Shown: piece by piece, positions 8,878-21,598 of the stretch | Numbering within the stretch: the stretch's first letter is position 1 | Layout of the letters: each line of letters opens with the position of its first letter | Assembly (NCBI GenBank): GCA_024690725.1 | Contig: JAILOQ010000102.1 | Coordinates: forward strand, 22,100 to 86,099 | DNA: 64,000 bases | Origin: Lachnospiraceae bacterium | GTDB taxonomy: Bacteria; Bacillota; Clostridia; Lachnospirales; Lachnospiraceae | Reading direction: 5' to 3' | Translations under genes and position numbers: made by a program | The notes under the pieces: model-generated | What the model saw: only the letters and a program-made list of their open reading frames with translations | What the model was told of the DNA's origin: nothing | The model's database searches: none

Positions 8878-8907
8878 ATTATAACGCATATGTATAATTT
8901 ATGTCAA
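8878..8907 (-). promoter_or_regulatory. Sigma-A-type promoter for the srtB-lcp-cps operon
   Basis: The minus strand reads TTGACA-N18-TATAAT, about 140 nt upstream of the srtB ATG. Confidence 0.6.
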
Positions 8908-8922
8908 CCTCTCATTTTTTCT

Positions 8923-8951
8923 TTGACATCCCCATTTTCGTATGTTAAACT
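8923..8951 (+). promoter_or_regulatory. Sigma-A-type promoter for the preQ1 riboswitch and queT
   Basis: TTGACA (8923-8928), a 17-nt spacer, then TG-n-TAAACT (extended -10, 8943-8951). Confidence 0.6.
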
Positions 8952-8969
8952 CCCATTACTGCAATGCAG

Positions 8970-9012
8970 CGTGAGTTCGAGACCTTCCTCACGATAAACA
9001 AAACTAAAGGAG
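8970..9012 (+). promoter_or_regulatory. preQ1-I riboswitch (translational; its 3' tail overlaps the SD)
   Basis: The sequence is CGUGAG-UUCGAGACCUUC-CUCACG-AUAAACAAAACUAAAGGAG. It has a 6-bp P1 stem and a loop that begins with UUC. The A-rich tail AUAAA(C)AAAACUAA closely resembles the B. subtilis queC aptamer tail. Loop CCUU can pair with AAGG of the SD. It sits directly upstream of queT, a known preQ1-regulated gene. Confidence 0.7.
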
Positions 9013-9021
9013 AACTTTATA

Positions 9022-9510
9022 ATGAAAAACAGGAAAGCCTATTTTATCACTCAGGCAGCGGTCATCGCTGCCATCTACGTTGTGCTTACCATTGCGATAA
9101 GCGCATTCAATCTGGCCAGCGGCGCCATTCAAGTCCGCATTTCGGAAGCACTTACCATACTCCCATTCTTTACGGAAGCCGCGGTACCGGGGCTGTTCAT
9201 CGGTTGCCTTTTGGCCAACCTTTTGACGGGAGCTCCGATCTGGGATGTGATCTTCGGAAGTCTTGCAACCCTCCTCGGTGCAGTAATCACATATCTTTTG
9301 CGTAAAAAAACAAAATGGATGGCACCGGTGCCACCCATTCTGTCAAATACGTTGATCATTCCGTTTGTACTTCATTTTGCCTACGGGATTCCCGGCGGCA
9401 TCCCGTTCTTCATGCTGACGGTCGGCATCGGAGAAATCCTCTCCTGCGGCGTCCTCGGCATGTGTTTGCTCTTTGTTTTAAACCGTTACAAAGACGTTCT
9501 TTTTCGGTAA
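9022..9510 (+). CDS. queT: QueT queuosine-precursor transporter (ECF S-component-like membrane protein)
   Basis: The N-terminus YFITQAAVIAAIYVVLT...QVRISEALTILPFF is typical of QueT. The protein is polytopic and a preQ1 riboswitch lies upstream. Confidence 0.8.
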   Translation: MKNRKAYFITQAAVIAAIYVVLTIAISAFNLASGAIQVRISEALTILPFFTEAAVPGLFIGCLLANLLTGAPIWDVIFGSLATLLGAVITYLLRKKTKWMAPVPPILSNTLIIPFVLHFAYGIPGGIPFFMLTVGIGEILSCGVLGMCLLFVLNRYKDVLFR

Positions 9511-9511
9511 A

Positions 9512-12049
9512 CTATTCCATCGGGATATAGGTGATGAACTGATTTCCGTTCTTGTTGAAATAGGAGGCGGAGTCGTTCATGCCCATTTTGGAGATCTCCC
9601 CGGTCTGCGGATTTAAGATCACGGTGTTTAACTCATTGAATCCGACGATCAAAACCGCGGTGCGATCGCTCTGGATCGCCATGACCGGGATGTCCCGATT
9701 CACATAGTATAACACCGAATCCAAACTGCACCCGGCAAGGTCTAAGATCTTTTCCCCCGTCATCTGACTTTCCAAAACGGAAAGCGGCGTTTCGCCTTGA
9801 TCCAAGAGAAGTTGCGAGTTACCGCCGTATCCGCGAAGGGAAAGCATCTTGTTGATGCAAACGGCCAAACTTCCCTTTTCCTCGGAAATCTGTTCTTCCG
9901 TGATCGCCATGATCTGATTGGATTTTGCGCGGTTTGCCTTGATCCAGACATACCGGCCCCCGGTATCCACCACGGTTCCGTAGAATTCATCCGCATAAAG
10001 GATCGCTTCCGAAGGCGTCGAGAAGATACTGTCTACACCGTCATCGCCGAAGACGTAAAACTTTTCTTTTTCTTCCGTTTCCGCCTGCAGGATGATCTCA
10101 TGTCCGCCTTCATACATCACTTCGTTCGGCGTCAAAAACTTCAGGGATTTCGTTGCAAAATTTCCCTTCGCCGCGATCTGCACGATCTTTTCAAGGTTGC
10201 TCGTTGCAACCGTCTCCATACGATTTGCGCCCACATTTCCGGTCGCATTGCTCATGATCTGATCATCCGTGGTATAGACGTAGTTGCCGGAAACGGTATT
10301 TCTTTGTACACGCTTCATATTGATCTGATTGTCTTCGATCTCCACATCCAGAACATAAACGCCGTCCTTTTCATACGACATCGAAACGTCATTGCTTTCG
10401 GCTTCGCTGATGTTTACGACATACATGGGATTCATGATTCGTCCGACGGTATCCATATAGCGATCCGAAGAACGGGAGATTCCGTAGATCAGATCCTCCT
10501 CCATAAAGCCCAGCGGGTAAATATGATTGTTCTCCCCGGCCGCGATCGTGATCACGGACGAGGTATTCAGGTTCAACAAAGACAGCTCCGTAGAGTCCGT
10601 TCCGGTCCGGTCATTGGACCAGACGATCATGCGGTTACTCTCGGACACCTTCAGATTGTCCTGACTTAAGTTGCTCACGAGCACATCGTAACTCTTTTCC
10701 TCGAGTTTGATGCTGTAAAGGCATTCATTCATATAGAGGAAGAGCTGATTGTTGTTGTTCAGATATACCAGTCTGTTCAATTCGTTTTCCAAAACGGAAA
10801 ACGCCTTATTGTACGGAATAAACGCCTGCTCCTCGATGGTGTTTAAGACGCTGTTGTAGAAGTATACGGCAATGCCCATATTCCCTTCGTGCGTACCACG
10901 GTTCATGTAACCGTACACGAGGAAATATACATTTCCGGTCTCATCCACATTCAGGATATGAATGCCGTTTCTGTCGTAGGTCGTTCTTTCATCCGGATCT
11001 TCCTCATCGTAAAATGCAAACAGTCTTGCAAAGCGGTTGCTCGAGGAATTGTAGGAAAACAGTCTGTTTTCGGAGACAAATGCAAAGACACCGCCCTCGT
11101 CGCTTTCCATCATCTCAAGGTCTGCCGTATTGATACCGAGGTCCAGTTTGTTGTTCGTAAAAGCAGACTTATCCATGCAGAATACCTCATGCATGGTCCT
11201 CTCATATCCCAAAAGATACATACGTTGCGTACCCCTGCGCAAGCGGAAGCATTCCTCCACGCGGCAGATCCTGTCGCGATCCTCCGTATGCACCTGGACA
11301 AAGTAGGTCAGACGCACACGAGCGGTCTGCGCAAAAAGCTCCGTCAGATTCACCATGGTATCCGTCAATTGCTCTACCTGAAGATCGCCCCAGGTGATCT
11401 GCTTGAAGCTGGAATGGATATCGACATTTGCATAGCTGGTGTTGTCACCGGTCTCATCCGTTTCCAGATAGGTGGCAATGCTCTGGGCCTCGTTTGTATC
11501 ATAGGTTTTATTGTGAAACTCCGTGGCAAAGCGGATCTCTTCGCCCGCGTAATTCTCCGTTCGCTCGATCACTCTGGTATAAAACCGGAGAGGATTCCCG
11601 TCGCCGGCTTCCACGAGGAGTACCAGCATGTATTCCGTATCCGGATCGATCAGATCCTTCAATCGGATGTCGGCGGAGATCGACGTGTTTTCTTCTTTGT
11701 AATCGAAGATCTCTTCGTTTTCGATCAGACGGCTGCCGTCGATGGAGCGCACTTCATAGGAAATCCCGTGAATGGTATTTCCGTACTTTTCCATATAAAT
11801 GGACAATTCTCTGTTCTCGGTCAGAGGCGTGATGACATCACGCATCAGGGCCGGCTCCATTTCGTTTTTGTACCCATGAAGACAGTTGATATGTTGCCCC
11901 TCATAATTGATATAAATTAAAGGATAACTTGCCTCCGGCATTTCCATCGTCATATCCGTATTGCCGCGGTTCATAATGGAACCGATGACATACAGCGACA
12001 CGATAAAGGAAACGATCGCGACAATTACCTTGATCAGTCCTTTTTTCAT
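9512..12049 (-). CDS. Large membrane-anchored protein of unknown function (845 aa)
   Basis: It has a single N-terminal TM helix (IKVIVAIVSFIVSLYVIGSI) followed by a long, probably extracytoplasmic body. I recognise no catalytic motif. Coding quality looks good over the full length. Confidence 0.75.
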   Translation of the reverse strand: MKKGLIKVIVAIVSFIVSLYVIGSIMNRGNTDMTMEMPEASYPLIYINYEGQHINCLHGYKNEMEPALMRDVITPLTENRELSIYMEKYGNTIHGISYEVRSIDGSRLIENEEIFDYKEENTSISADIRLKDLIDPDTEYMLVLLVEAGDGNPLRFYTRVIERTENYAGEEIRFATEFHNKTYDTNEAQSIATYLETDETGDNTSYANVDIHSSFKQITWGDLQVEQLTDTMVNLTELFAQTARVRLTYFVQVHTEDRDRICRVEECFRLRRGTQRMYLLGYERTMHEVFCMDKSAFTNNKLDLGINTADLEMMESDEGGVFAFVSENRLFSYNSSSNRFARLFAFYDEEDPDERTTYDRNGIHILNVDETGNVYFLVYGYMNRGTHEGNMGIAVYFYNSVLNTIEEQAFIPYNKAFSVLENELNRLVYLNNNNQLFLYMNECLYSIKLEEKSYDVLVSNLSQDNLKVSESNRMIVWSNDRTGTDSTELSLLNLNTSSVITIAAGENNHIYPLGFMEEDLIYGISRSSDRYMDTVGRIMNPMYVVNISEAESNDVSMSYEKDGVYVLDVEIEDNQINMKRVQRNTVSGNYVYTTDDQIMSNATGNVGANRMETVATSNLEKIVQIAAKGNFATKSLKFLTPNEVMYEGGHEIILQAETEEKEKFYVFGDDGVDSIFSTPSEAILYADEFYGTVVDTGGRYVWIKANRAKSNQIMAITEEQISEEKGSLAVCINKMLSLRGYGGNSQLLLDQGETPLSVLESQMTGEKILDLAGCSLDSVLYYVNRDIPVMAIQSDRTAVLIVGFNELNTVILNPQTGEISKMGMNDSASYFNKNGNQFITYIPME

Positions 12050-12071
12050 ACTTCTCTTTTACGTTACAGTC

Positions 12072-12104
12072 ATAAACGGGGCGTTGCAAAACACAACGCC
12101 CCGT
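12072..12104 (-). terminator. Rho-independent terminator after atpC
   Basis: The minus strand reads ACGGGGCGTTG-TGTTTT-GCAACGCCCCGT followed by TTTAT. Confidence 0.75.
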
Positions 12105-12110
12105 CATCGA

Positions 12111-12515
12111 TTATTTTAATACTTCAATTCTTGCTAACGAACGAAGCAACGCGGTTTCCGCTCTCGCAACATCCGTCTGGCTGGTTCGGTTCGCCAAACG
12201 CTGTCTTGCGCGTTCCCTTGCTTCTTCGGCTCGTTCCGCATCGATCTCCGTCGGCCATTCGATGATCTCGGCCAGAATGGTGACTTCGTCGGGTAGAATC
12301 TCTGCAAATCCGGCATGAAGGGCAGCTTCTTTGACTCCGCCCTCTTCTGTAATCGTCAGAATACCGGGCTTTACAATGACTGTCATCGGGAGATGTTTTT
12401 TCAAAACACCGATTTCCCCTTCTACGGTATTAAATTCTACCATCGTAACTTCACCTTCATAGAAGACACGATCGGGTGTGATGATTCTCAATGTAAATGC
12501 ATTTTCGCCGGCCAC
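12111..12515 (-). CDS. atpC: F1 ATP synthase epsilon subunit
   Basis: The sequence is typical of epsilon, and the gene is last in the atp operon. It has a GTG start with an AGGTGA SD. Confidence 0.9.
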   Translation of the reverse strand: MAGENAFTLRIITPDRVFYEGEVTMVEFNTVEGEIGVLKKHLPMTVIVKPGILTITEEGGVKEAALHAGFAEILPDEVTILAEIIEWPTEIDAERAEEARERARQRLANRTSQTDVARAETALLRSLARIEVLK

Positions 12516-12523
12516 GCTATCAC

Positions 12524-13930
<1,407 letters not shown>

Positions 13931-13957
13931 TTATGATTTCTTTCCGGCCGCGTGCGA

Positions 13958-14839
13958 TCATCCGATCGCATCCGCACCGGCTATGATTTCCGTTAATTCC
14001 TGGGTAATAGATCCCTGACGGGCTCTATTGTATTGCAGGGATAATTTTTCGATCATTTCCTCCGCATTGCTGGTCGCCGAATCCATGGCCTGCATTCTGG
14101 CTCCGTTCTCGCTGGCTACCGCTTCAACCATTGCGCCGTAGACCAAACTCGAAACATATTTGGGTACCAGCATTTCCAGTGCTTCTTCTTCATCCTGCTC
14201 GAAATTCATCAATGCCTTGGCATCGGAAGCCGCCTCTTGTCCGGACATATCCGAGGTATCCACCCCATCCGGATTAACGGGAAGAAGCTTCAACAACGTC
14301 GGAATATGACTTACCGTATTCTTGAATGCGGTATATGCCAGATAGATCTCTCCGAACTCTTCTTCCTTGAACGCTTTCAGAAGTTCGTTACAGATATACA
14401 TCGCGTCCGAATACACGGGCTGCTCGATCACCTCGGAATATTCCGCGGCAACCTGATAACCGTGGCTGCGGAAATAATCCGCACCCTTGGTTCCGATCGC
14501 ATAGATCAGAACGTTCTCCTTGGTAAACTTCTCATCCCTCGTCACAAGCTTGATAACGTTGGAATTGTAACCTCCGGCCAAACCGCGATTTCCGGTGATC
14601 ACGATGATCGCCTTCTTTTCGCTTTTGCCTTCCACAAGATAAGGACTGCGGATCTCTCCGGTCTTGCTTAAAAGACTTGTGACCGTCTGGTACATGCACT
14701 GAAAATATGCTTTGCTTCTTTCTGCATTGGCTTTGGCTCTCTGAAGCTTTACGGTGGAAACAAGCTTCATCGCTTTGGTGATCTGCTGGGTGCTGGTAAT
14801 GCTGTCCCTACGTCTTTTTATACTTCGCATGGAAGCCAT
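13958..14839 (-). CDS. atpG: F1 ATP synthase gamma subunit
   Basis: It has the conserved N-terminus (IKRRRDSITSTQQITKAMKLVS) and C-terminus (ARQGSITQELTEIIAGA). Confidence 0.95.
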   Translation of the reverse strand: MASMRSIKRRRDSITSTQQITKAMKLVSTVKLQRAKANAERSKAYFQCMYQTVTSLLSKTGEIRSPYLVEGKSEKKAIIVITGNRGLAGGYNSNVIKLVTRDEKFTKENVLIYAIGTKGADYFRSHGYQVAAEYSEVIEQPVYSDAMYICNELLKAFKEEEFGEIYLAYTAFKNTVSHIPTLLKLLPVNPDGVDTSDMSGQEAASDAKALMNFEQDEEEALEMLVPKYVSSLVYGAMVEAVASENGARMQAMDSATSNAEEMIEKLSLQYNRARQGSITQELTEIIAGADAIG

Positions 14840-14863
14840 ATGTTTATCACCTTACCTTTCGGC

Positions 14864-16955
<2,092 letters not shown>

Positions 16956-16968
<13 letters not shown>

Positions 16969-17474
16969 GTGCTCTCACCTATTTCCTTTAACGTCTCATC
17001 GATCAGACTGTCCTGAACGCTTGTGTCCACATTGGCCTTAACGACCTTACCGGCAAGTACGCTCGCGAGATTTACCATCTCGGTCTTTACTTCATCGGCA
17101 ACTCTTTGCTTCTCCAGCTCTGCTTCTTTGTTCGCCCGTTCAATGATTGCCTGAGCATCTTCTCGCGCCTTCGCCAAAATGCTTTCCTCATTCTTGAGAG
17201 CCTTGGCTCTGGCCTCGCTTAAGATCTGCTCCGCTTCTTTGTCAATACTCTTTAATCTGTCCTCGTATTCCAGCTTCAGAGCCTTTGCATCTTCTTTGTC
17301 CTTTTCCGCATCTTCGATATTCTTTGCGATACGATCGGATCGATCCTTTAACATCTTGCGGACCGGATTGAACAATTTGTTGGATGCGACAAGCAACAGT
17401 ACAAAAATGGCGATCATCATCAGAACGGCATCATGTAACAGCTGAAAGTCCAAGTCAAACAATCTTGGTTCCAA
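16956..17474 (-). CDS. atpF: Fo ATP synthase b subunit
   Basis: It has an N-terminal TM helix followed by a long charged coiled coil. The TTG start is 8 nt after AGGAGG. Confidence 0.9.
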
Positions 17475-17514
17475 ATCTTAAGCCTCCTTTCTTTAAATTT
17501 GTAATGGAAGCTTA

Positions 17515-17778
<264 letters not shown>

Positions 17779-17802
17779 TTAAAATGAATGGTTTTCTTTT
17801 TT

Positions 17803-18546
17803 CTAAGATTCACTGCCAATTGCATCATTTACATATGTCATGGTAAGCATACAGAACACGTAAGTTTGAATTGCTCCGGAGAACAAGTCAAAATAAATGT
17901 GCAATGCTGCCGGCCATGCTGTCGCGATCCACCCGAGCAATCCGTATACCAATGCCATGATCGCCGTACCCGAAAGGATATTGGCAAACAAACGCAAGGA
18001 CAACGATACCGGAACCGCAATATCACCAATGATATTGATCGGTGCCCAGAATACCCATGGATCACACAATCCCTTGATCACACCGGACACATGCTGATAC
18101 TTGAATTTGTTGAAATGGATCATACAAAACGTGATCAGCGCCAGTGCAAGGGTCACACCGTAGTCTGCTGTCGGCGGTCTGAGTCCGATCAGACCGGAGA
18201 TGTTACTGATGAAGATAAACAAGAACAAGGTGCCGATATAATTGGCAAACTTTGTTGCATTGGAACCCATGGCACTTTTGATCATACCATCGAGCATCTC
18301 TACGATCAGTTCCACTACATTCAGAAACCCCGTCGGGACAGTGCCTGCCTTCTTTACCGCACGATTTGCTGCCAAACAGAACCCTATGATGATCAGCATG
18401 ACGATCAAGAGACAAACATGTGTGGTTGTTATCCATACCGTTTGACCGAAGATCTCGTAGGAAAAGACACCGTGTATCATAAAATCAATGTCTGATCCCG
18501 CGCTCGCTTCTGCTTCGGCGGCGGACAACAATATTCCATGTCCCAT
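17803..18546 (-). CDS. atpB: Fo ATP synthase a subunit
   Basis: The protein is polytopic and has the conserved LSLRLFANILSG motif. I set the start at ATG 18546 because AGGAGGTG lies 5 nt upstream. Confidence 0.93.
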   Translation of the reverse strand: MGHGILLSAAEAEASAGSDIDFMIHGVFSYEIFGQTVWITTTHVCLLIVMLIIIGFCLAANRAVKKAGTVPTGFLNVVELIVEMLDGMIKSAMGSNATKFANYIGTLFLFIFISNISGLIGLRPPTADYGVTLALALITFCMIHFNKFKYQHVSGVIKGLCDPWVFWAPINIIGDIAVPVSLSLRLFANILSGTAIMALVYGLLGWIATAWPAALHIYFDLFSGAIQTYVFCMLTMTYVNDAIGSES

Positions 18547-18550
18547 ACAT

Positions 18551-18958
18551 TCACCTCCTAAATATTTTATGAGTAAACGGCGCAAGATACGCCGATACTT
18601 TCAAACCAAATACTCCCACCAGTGCTGCGATGGGATTCCCCAGATCAAATGCGAATAAAACACCGATGACGATAAGGATCACTCCGTAGCGAAGCATGCT
18701 TCCCTTTTGCAGGGAACGAACTGCCTCCCCCTCATCATACGAAACGGCCCGATCGATGGAGCGGGCCATGTGCCATGCACAAAACGCTGCCAGAGCACTG
18801 CCGCATAGAAGTCCGATCAGACAATACAGGGGCCTGTCCACAAACCATACGCCGATGCCGATCGCCAGCAACGTATATATCGCTATTCCGATCCACAGAT
18901 CCGGAAGGGAATCATTTATTTCTGCGGCGTTTTTCACGAGGTGTCTCCTTATCTTCAT
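18551..18958 (-). CDS. atpI: ATP synthase protein I (AtpI-like small membrane protein)
   Basis: It is a 135-aa hydrophobic protein immediately upstream of atpB. Confidence 0.7.
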   Translation of the reverse strand: MKIRRHLVKNAAEINDSLPDLWIGIAIYTLLAIGIGVWFVDRPLYCLIGLLCGSALAAFCAWHMARSIDRAVSYDEGEAVRSLQKGSMLRYGVILIVIGVLFAFDLGNPIAALVGVFGLKVSAYLAPFTHKIFRR

Positions 18959-19187
18959 CTAAAATCCGTTTGGCAAAGCGGTATACATTCCTGCCGCCGG
19001 CCAGTGCACCGAGGATAAAAAGAACGATCGCAAAAAAGTTTGTTCCGAGTTTACGATCCAAAAAAGCCCCGAGCAACGTACATGCCACAATGGGCACGAT
19101 CATATTGATACCGAATTGAGTGACCATCATCAGTGATCGAACGATTGTCCTGTCATGTTTCACGATGTGCCGACCCCTCTCATACAA
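18912..19187 (-). CDS. AtpZ/AtpI-family small membrane protein; exact start uncertain
   Basis: It is a two-TM protein with a basic C-terminus and is the first gene of the atp operon. The track start is a TTG, and in-frame ATG codons follow about 20 codons later. Confidence 0.6.
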   Translation of the reverse strand: MYERGRHIVKHDRTIVRSLMMVTQFGINMIVPIVACTLLGAFLDRKLGTNFFAIVLFILGALAGGRNVYRFAKRILDEDKETPREKRRRNK

Positions 19188-19217
19188 CTCCGATTTTACC
19201 CAGAAATACTCCTAAAT

Positions 19218-19246
19218 ATTATACTGTTTTTTCCTTATTATGTCTA
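19218..19246 (-). promoter_or_regulatory. Sigma-A-type promoter of the atp operon
   Basis: The minus strand reads TAGACA-N17-TATAAT. Confidence 0.55.
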
Positions 19247-19324
19247 CTTTTTTCCATTGACTTTTTTCGGGGCGGATTGTATGCTTTTGTTAATCATTTC
19301 GCTGACGTAAAAGGAGGAATACTT

Positions 19325-19867
19325 ATGACGGATCCCGTTCTTTTTCGTAAACGCATCATTCCCGAAGAGTGCATATTGTTAAAAGACGATGAAATCCTTC
19401 TCTTCGATCCCGAGAACAAAAAGCTCATAACCAAATGGCACGCCTTAAAGCCCAAGAAGGATCTCCACCACGGAATATCCGCTTACTTTTGGGACGAAGG
19501 CTTTAAGGTCAGCAAATTCTACGATGCCGACGGTGCTCTTTTATACTGGTACTGCGATATTATCGACGTATGTTATCCGGCCGAAAACGTTATAAATTCA
19601 AAGACCGGAACAGTATTCGGAATGCTTCCCGAAGAGCAGGGACACGAGGCCTTTCTCGCCGTCGATCTTTTGGCCGACGTCATCATCTATCCGGACGGCA
19701 CCGTAAAAGTCGTGGATATCGACGAACTGGCCACGGCATTTGAACACGATACCCTCACAAGCGAACAGCTTTGCGACGGGCTTCGTAAGTTAAACCGGCT
19801 GCTCAGTCTGATCTACTCGGGCAAATTCGAAAAATACCAGGATTACATCGATACCTTCGAATACTAA
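19325..19867 (+). CDS. DUF402-domain protein (FomD/YgaC-like putative nucleoside di/triphosphatase)
   Basis: The motif context LLYWYCDIIDV...DLLADVIIYPDGTVKVVDIDEL is typical of DUF402. The ATG at 19325 is preceded by AAAGGAGGAA. The longer track ORF has no SD. Confidence 0.7.
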   Translation: MTDPVLFRKRIIPEECILLKDDEILLFDPENKKLITKWHALKPKKDLHHGISAYFWDEGFKVSKFYDADGALLYWYCDIIDVCYPAENVINSKTGTVFGMLPEEQGHEAFLAVDLLADVIIYPDGTVKVVDIDELATAFEHDTLTSEQLCDGLRKLNRLLSLIYSGKFEKYQDYIDTFEY

Positions 19868-19870
19868 AAC

Positions 19871-19902
19871 AAAAACAAGCGACGTTTGCCGCTTGTTTTT
19901 TT
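19871..19902. terminator. Bidirectional terminator between the DUF402 gene (+) and the SleB-like gene (-)
   Basis: AAAAACAAGCG-loop-CGCTTGTTTTTTT. Confidence 0.75.
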
Positions 19903-19918
19903 ATGTCTTCTTTACGTT

Positions 19919-21079
19919 TTAATAGAATACATGTCCGCCGATGTTCATACCGACCAAACCGGGGATCGGGGTACGGAAGAACAAACAGTTTCCGACGGGA
20001 GCCGAACCGTTCATCGCGTCCTGCGCCGCCTGATAACAGGTCGCATTGGCGCCTCTTGCCAGAACCACGGCAAAACGTCCGCTGCCGACCGGTGAAAACT
20101 GTCGGTTCTGATACAGCACTTCCAAAACCGTATTCGGGAATTTCGGGGAGCGCACACGGTTCATGACAACATTACCGACCGCCACCTTTCCGACATACGG
20201 TTCTCCGCCGGCCTCACACTCGATGATGGCCGCCATCAGATCGATATCGCCCGCCGCAAACGAAACGGAGGACAGGTCGTTAAATCCGACGAGGGCCGCC
20301 TCTCTGGAAAGCGCAAGTTCCTCTTCGTATTTGGCCTTTAAAGCCACGATATCATTCTCACTCTCGGCGAGCCTCTTCTCATATTCCAAAAGTTCCTGTT
20401 CTTTTGCCGCGATCTCATCGGAATAGGCAAGCATACCCGCACTGGTCTCTTCCACCATGTTGTGGACTTCTTCCTGCTTTTCCGAAGCCTCGGTCTGCAG
20501 TGCCTTTAGCGCATTCGCCTCATCCTGCACGGACTGCTCATCAAAGGCGATCTGTTTTTGCAGGGCGACGAAATCCTGTAACATCGCTCTGTCATACGCC
20601 GTCAGCTGCTCGATATATTCCGACTTGTTCAGAAAATCCGCAAAACTGTCCGAGGTAAAGAACAGATTCAGATAAGCCGTATTGCCCTTCTCGTACATAA
20701 ACTTGATCCGGGCTTTCATCGCCTCATATTGCGTCACTTCATCGATCTTGGCCTGTGCGAGCTTATCCTGAAGTTCCGTTAAAGTCACGTTCTTTTCATC
20801 GATCAAAGACTCGATCGTATGTAACTCCGACGTTGCCTGCTGCAGGTCCTTATTCAACTGATCGAGGGAATCCTGCAATTGGGATCTTCCGGTTGTTAAA
20901 TTGTCCAAATCTTCCTGCGTGTCGCTGATCTGCTGCTCGGCCTGTTCTTTTTCGCCCTCGGCTTCCTTTAACTGCCCGTACGTCGTAGACGCAAAGACCT
21001 CTTTTCCACCTGTAAAAAGAAACAGCACCATGATCAGGACGGGCAGTGCTCCCATAAACGGGAATCTTACCTGTCGCAT
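19919..21079 (-). CDS. Cell-wall hydrolase with an N-terminal signal/anchor, a long coiled coil and a C-terminal SleB-type (Hydrolase_2) domain
   Basis: The C-terminal sequence AAIIECEAGGEPYVGKVAVGNVVMNRVRSPKFPNTVLEVLYQNRQFSP is typical of SleB/CwlJ. I set the start at ATG 21079 (MRQVRFPF) because the longer ORF overlaps the dCMP deaminase gene. Confidence 0.8.
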   Translation of the reverse strand: MRQVRFPFMGALPVLIMVLFLFTGGKEVFASTTYGQLKEAEGEKEQAEQQISDTQEDLDNLTTGRSQLQDSLDQLNKDLQQATSELHTIESLIDEKNVTLTELQDKLAQAKIDEVTQYEAMKARIKFMYEKGNTAYLNLFFTSDSFADFLNKSEYIEQLTAYDRAMLQDFVALQKQIAFDEQSVQDEANALKALQTEASEKQEEVHNMVEETSAGMLAYSDEIAAKEQELLEYEKRLAESENDIVALKAKYEEELALSREAALVGFNDLSSVSFAAGDIDLMAAIIECEAGGEPYVGKVAVGNVVMNRVRSPKFPNTVLEVLYQNRQFSPVGSGRFAVVLARGANATCYQAAQDAMNGSAPVGNCLFFRTPIPGLVGMNIGGHVFY

Positions 21080-21104
21080 AGGTATTCCTTTCCGATCCGT
21101 GAAA

Positions 21105-21590
21105 CTAAAGTTCCAGCGTAATCGTCTTTCCGGAATGGTCGTATTGGTAATACCGTACACCCGCAGCGTCAAACATGCGCTTTGCCGCACGGTTCATATC
21201 CGTTCCGTTATATTTATCGGACGCAAACACCACCGTCTTGATACCGGATTGGATGATCGCTTTCGCACATTCGTTGCACGGAAACAACGACACATAAAGC
21301 GTCGCTCCGTCCAGACTTCCGCCCCTGTAATTTAAGATGGCATTCAATTCACCGTGCGCCACATACGCATACTTTGTGTGGATCGGTTCACCCTCTCTGT
21401 CCCAGGGGAAATCTTCGTCCCGGCATCCGTTCGGAAGTCCGTTGTATCCCATGGAAAGGATCCTGTGGTCTTTTCCCACGATACAGGCACCCACCTGGGT
21501 ATTGGGATCCTTGCTGCGCATGCCCGAAAGCATACAAACTCCCATAAAATACTCATCCCAGGAAATATAATCCGTTCTCTGGTTTGCCAT
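21105..21590 (-). CDS. dCMP (deoxycytidylate) deaminase
   Basis: The zinc-binding motifs H(G)ELNA and PCNECAKAI are present. Size and context are ComEB-like. Confidence 0.88.
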   Translation of the reverse strand: MANQRTDYISWDEYFMGVCMLSGMRSKDPNTQVGACIVGKDHRILSMGYNGLPNGCRDEDFPWDREGEPIHTKYAYVAHGELNAILNYRGGSLDGATLYVSLFPCNECAKAIIQSGIKTVVFASDKYNGTDMNRAAKRMFDAAGVRYYQYDHSGKTITLEL

Positions 21591-21598
21591 AGTTCCTC

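Noticed and set aside
9797-11920. Plus-strand ORFs of 290 aa and 343 aa (9797-10669 and 10889-11920).
   Set aside because: They are antisense to the continuous 845-aa minus-strand ORF. Their sequence is Arg/His/Ile-rich with no start signals.
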